Positions 62,701-64,000 of a stretch of 64,000 nt of DNA are shown piece after piece; positions within the stretch are counted from its first letter, which is position 1, and every line of letters starts with the position of its first letter. The DNA is from Pocillopora damicornis (taxonomy: Eukaryota). A program made the position numbers and the translations under genes. The notes below the pieces were generated by a model. The model was not told the origin of the DNA. It searched no databases and saw nothing but the letters and a program-made list of their open reading frames with translations. The stretch is from contig NW_020846475.1 in NCBI RefSeq assembly GCF_003704095.1, forward strand, positions 682,001-746,000, in the 5' to 3' direction.

Positions 62701-63567
62701 CGTGCAAAGTTCAGTCTTAAGATGCTCTCCATCGAATGCAAACAGAATGACAGATATGTACGACAGAATGCAGCCCAAGATTATCATATTGTTCAGGTTT
62801 GGACTCGACATTTTGACAAATCTGACAAGAATTAGAAAACGAAACAGTTGACTGGCGGGAACGCGAAAAACCTTCTTTCTTCTGGTGTATGACATAATGT
62901 AAATATGCGATTGCATGACATCGAGTTGACATGACATGACAGGGCATGAAAATTCATTGGTTAAGAAATCTTTGCAGTTGCCAGTCGCAAAATTAATGTT
63001 TGGATAAAACGATACAAAGATAGATCTGTTATTTGATCTGGTAATCTACCTATGGATTAGTATCATTCTATTTTCCAAATGATTTATTATCAAACTAGTC
63101 GAGATGAGAAAATTTAACATTGAAAATAATAATCGGACATTACAATACTCTGACTTATTGGGAAAAAAATATGGCCAAAAAAACTGCTAGATGGCAGAAT
63201 AAGCAAATTCACATCACATATTCAATAAGACGAGAGACGGATCTCGTACAGACTTAATTCCATTATCAATTTTTATGAAATTTTTTATGTATAATCAAAA
63301 AATGGACTTAAATAGAATTCTTTAAATGATCATGGACAATTATCTAGTGGCAATACACTATGATGCCACGGCTCTTTATTTTTTGACTTTTTAAAATATC
63401 AAACAGATTGTTCTACCTTTTATTCCTGTTCTTAATGTTAAAGCACAAGAACGTAAATGCTAAGAAAATTCCAAAGGAGGCCATAGCACACATGAAGAAA
63501 AACACAGACATGGACATTGTGTACAGCTGCCTGTGTTCACTTTGTCGATCCATCGGCGCTCTCCCTC
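62701..63567 (-). CDS. GABA-B-like exons 10 and 11 (TM1-TM2), most likely the continuation of paralogue 2 on a mis-oriented contig
   Basis: Minus-strand exons 63567-63417 (151 nt, GRAPMDRQ..FLCFNIKNRNK) and 62821-62701 (121 nt, FVKMSSPNLNNMIILGCILSYISV) with AG/GT borders; lengths equal exons 10 and 11 of paralogue 1; phase matches the exon ending at 61258. Confidence 0.88.
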
Positions 63568-63747
63568 CTGAGAAAAGAATAATAAAAAACAATGCAAAGT
63601 CTGAACGAACAACCACAAAAATTTGTCAGCTTGTGGCTTCGTAGTGCAGTTAATAATAGCGCCCGACTAGAATCTGAGAGGTACGAGTTCGAAGCATATC
63701 TTTCATCTCAATTTTTTCAGGCCTATTGTTCTGAAATTTCTGAAAGT

Positions 63748-63847
63748 NNNNNNNNNNNNNNNNNNNNNNNNNNNNNNNNNNNNNNNNNNNNNNNNNNNNN
63801 NNNNNNNNNNNNNNNNNNNNNNNNNNNNNNNNNNNNNNNNNNNNNNN
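63748..63847. other. Assembly gap (100 N)
   Basis: N run. Confidence 0.99.
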
Positions 63848-64000
63848 ACATTGTACTTTTGAAAGTTCCTTTTTCCTCTCAAAAAAGGTTTAAAGTCCTC
63901 ATTCGGGAAAAACGCGAAAGGTTTAACACAGGACTGAAATAGGTTTTGGTTAAGTGACAATGAGTCAAAGCCCTCTCTCCCAATTCAGCAAAAAAAAACC

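Noticed and set aside
63630-63747. Further tRNA-like head (GTTCGAA, TTTTTTCAGGCCT)
   Set aside because: Too decayed to fold or to assign confidently, and cut by the gap.

Overview
AT-rich, intron-rich eukaryotic (metazoan) genomic DNA; a cnidarian/stony-coral origin is my inference from gene and repeat style, not proven. Three N-gaps lie at 13972-14156, 61981-62080 and 63748-63847. Genes: (1) the 3' part of a VPS13A/C-type lipid-transfer gene (+, 32 exons traced by hand, ~1091 aa, stop at 16742); (2) a complete 17-exon GABA-B-receptor-like class C GPCR (+, 25281-35537, ~785 aa); (3) three intronless, paralogous orphan class A GPCRs (-, -, +; 36542-44569); (4) a second GABA-B-like paralogue with the same exon layout (+, from 54900), whose exons 10-11 sit on the minus strand of a gap-bounded contig, probably mis-oriented. 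Non-coding DNA holds MITE-like and SINE-like repeats, minisatellites and a Penelope-like RT fragment. Most notable: a ~272-bp tandem-plus-inverted repeat carrying type I hammerhead ribozyme cores (retrozyme/Penelope-like) just upstream of the first GABA-B-like coding exon; a second, degenerate minimal-hammerhead repeat family; and a ~252-bp circularly permuted repeat built around a tRNA-Thr(GGT)-like cloverleaf that does not behave like an ordinary SINE. All exon calls and alignments were made by eye.
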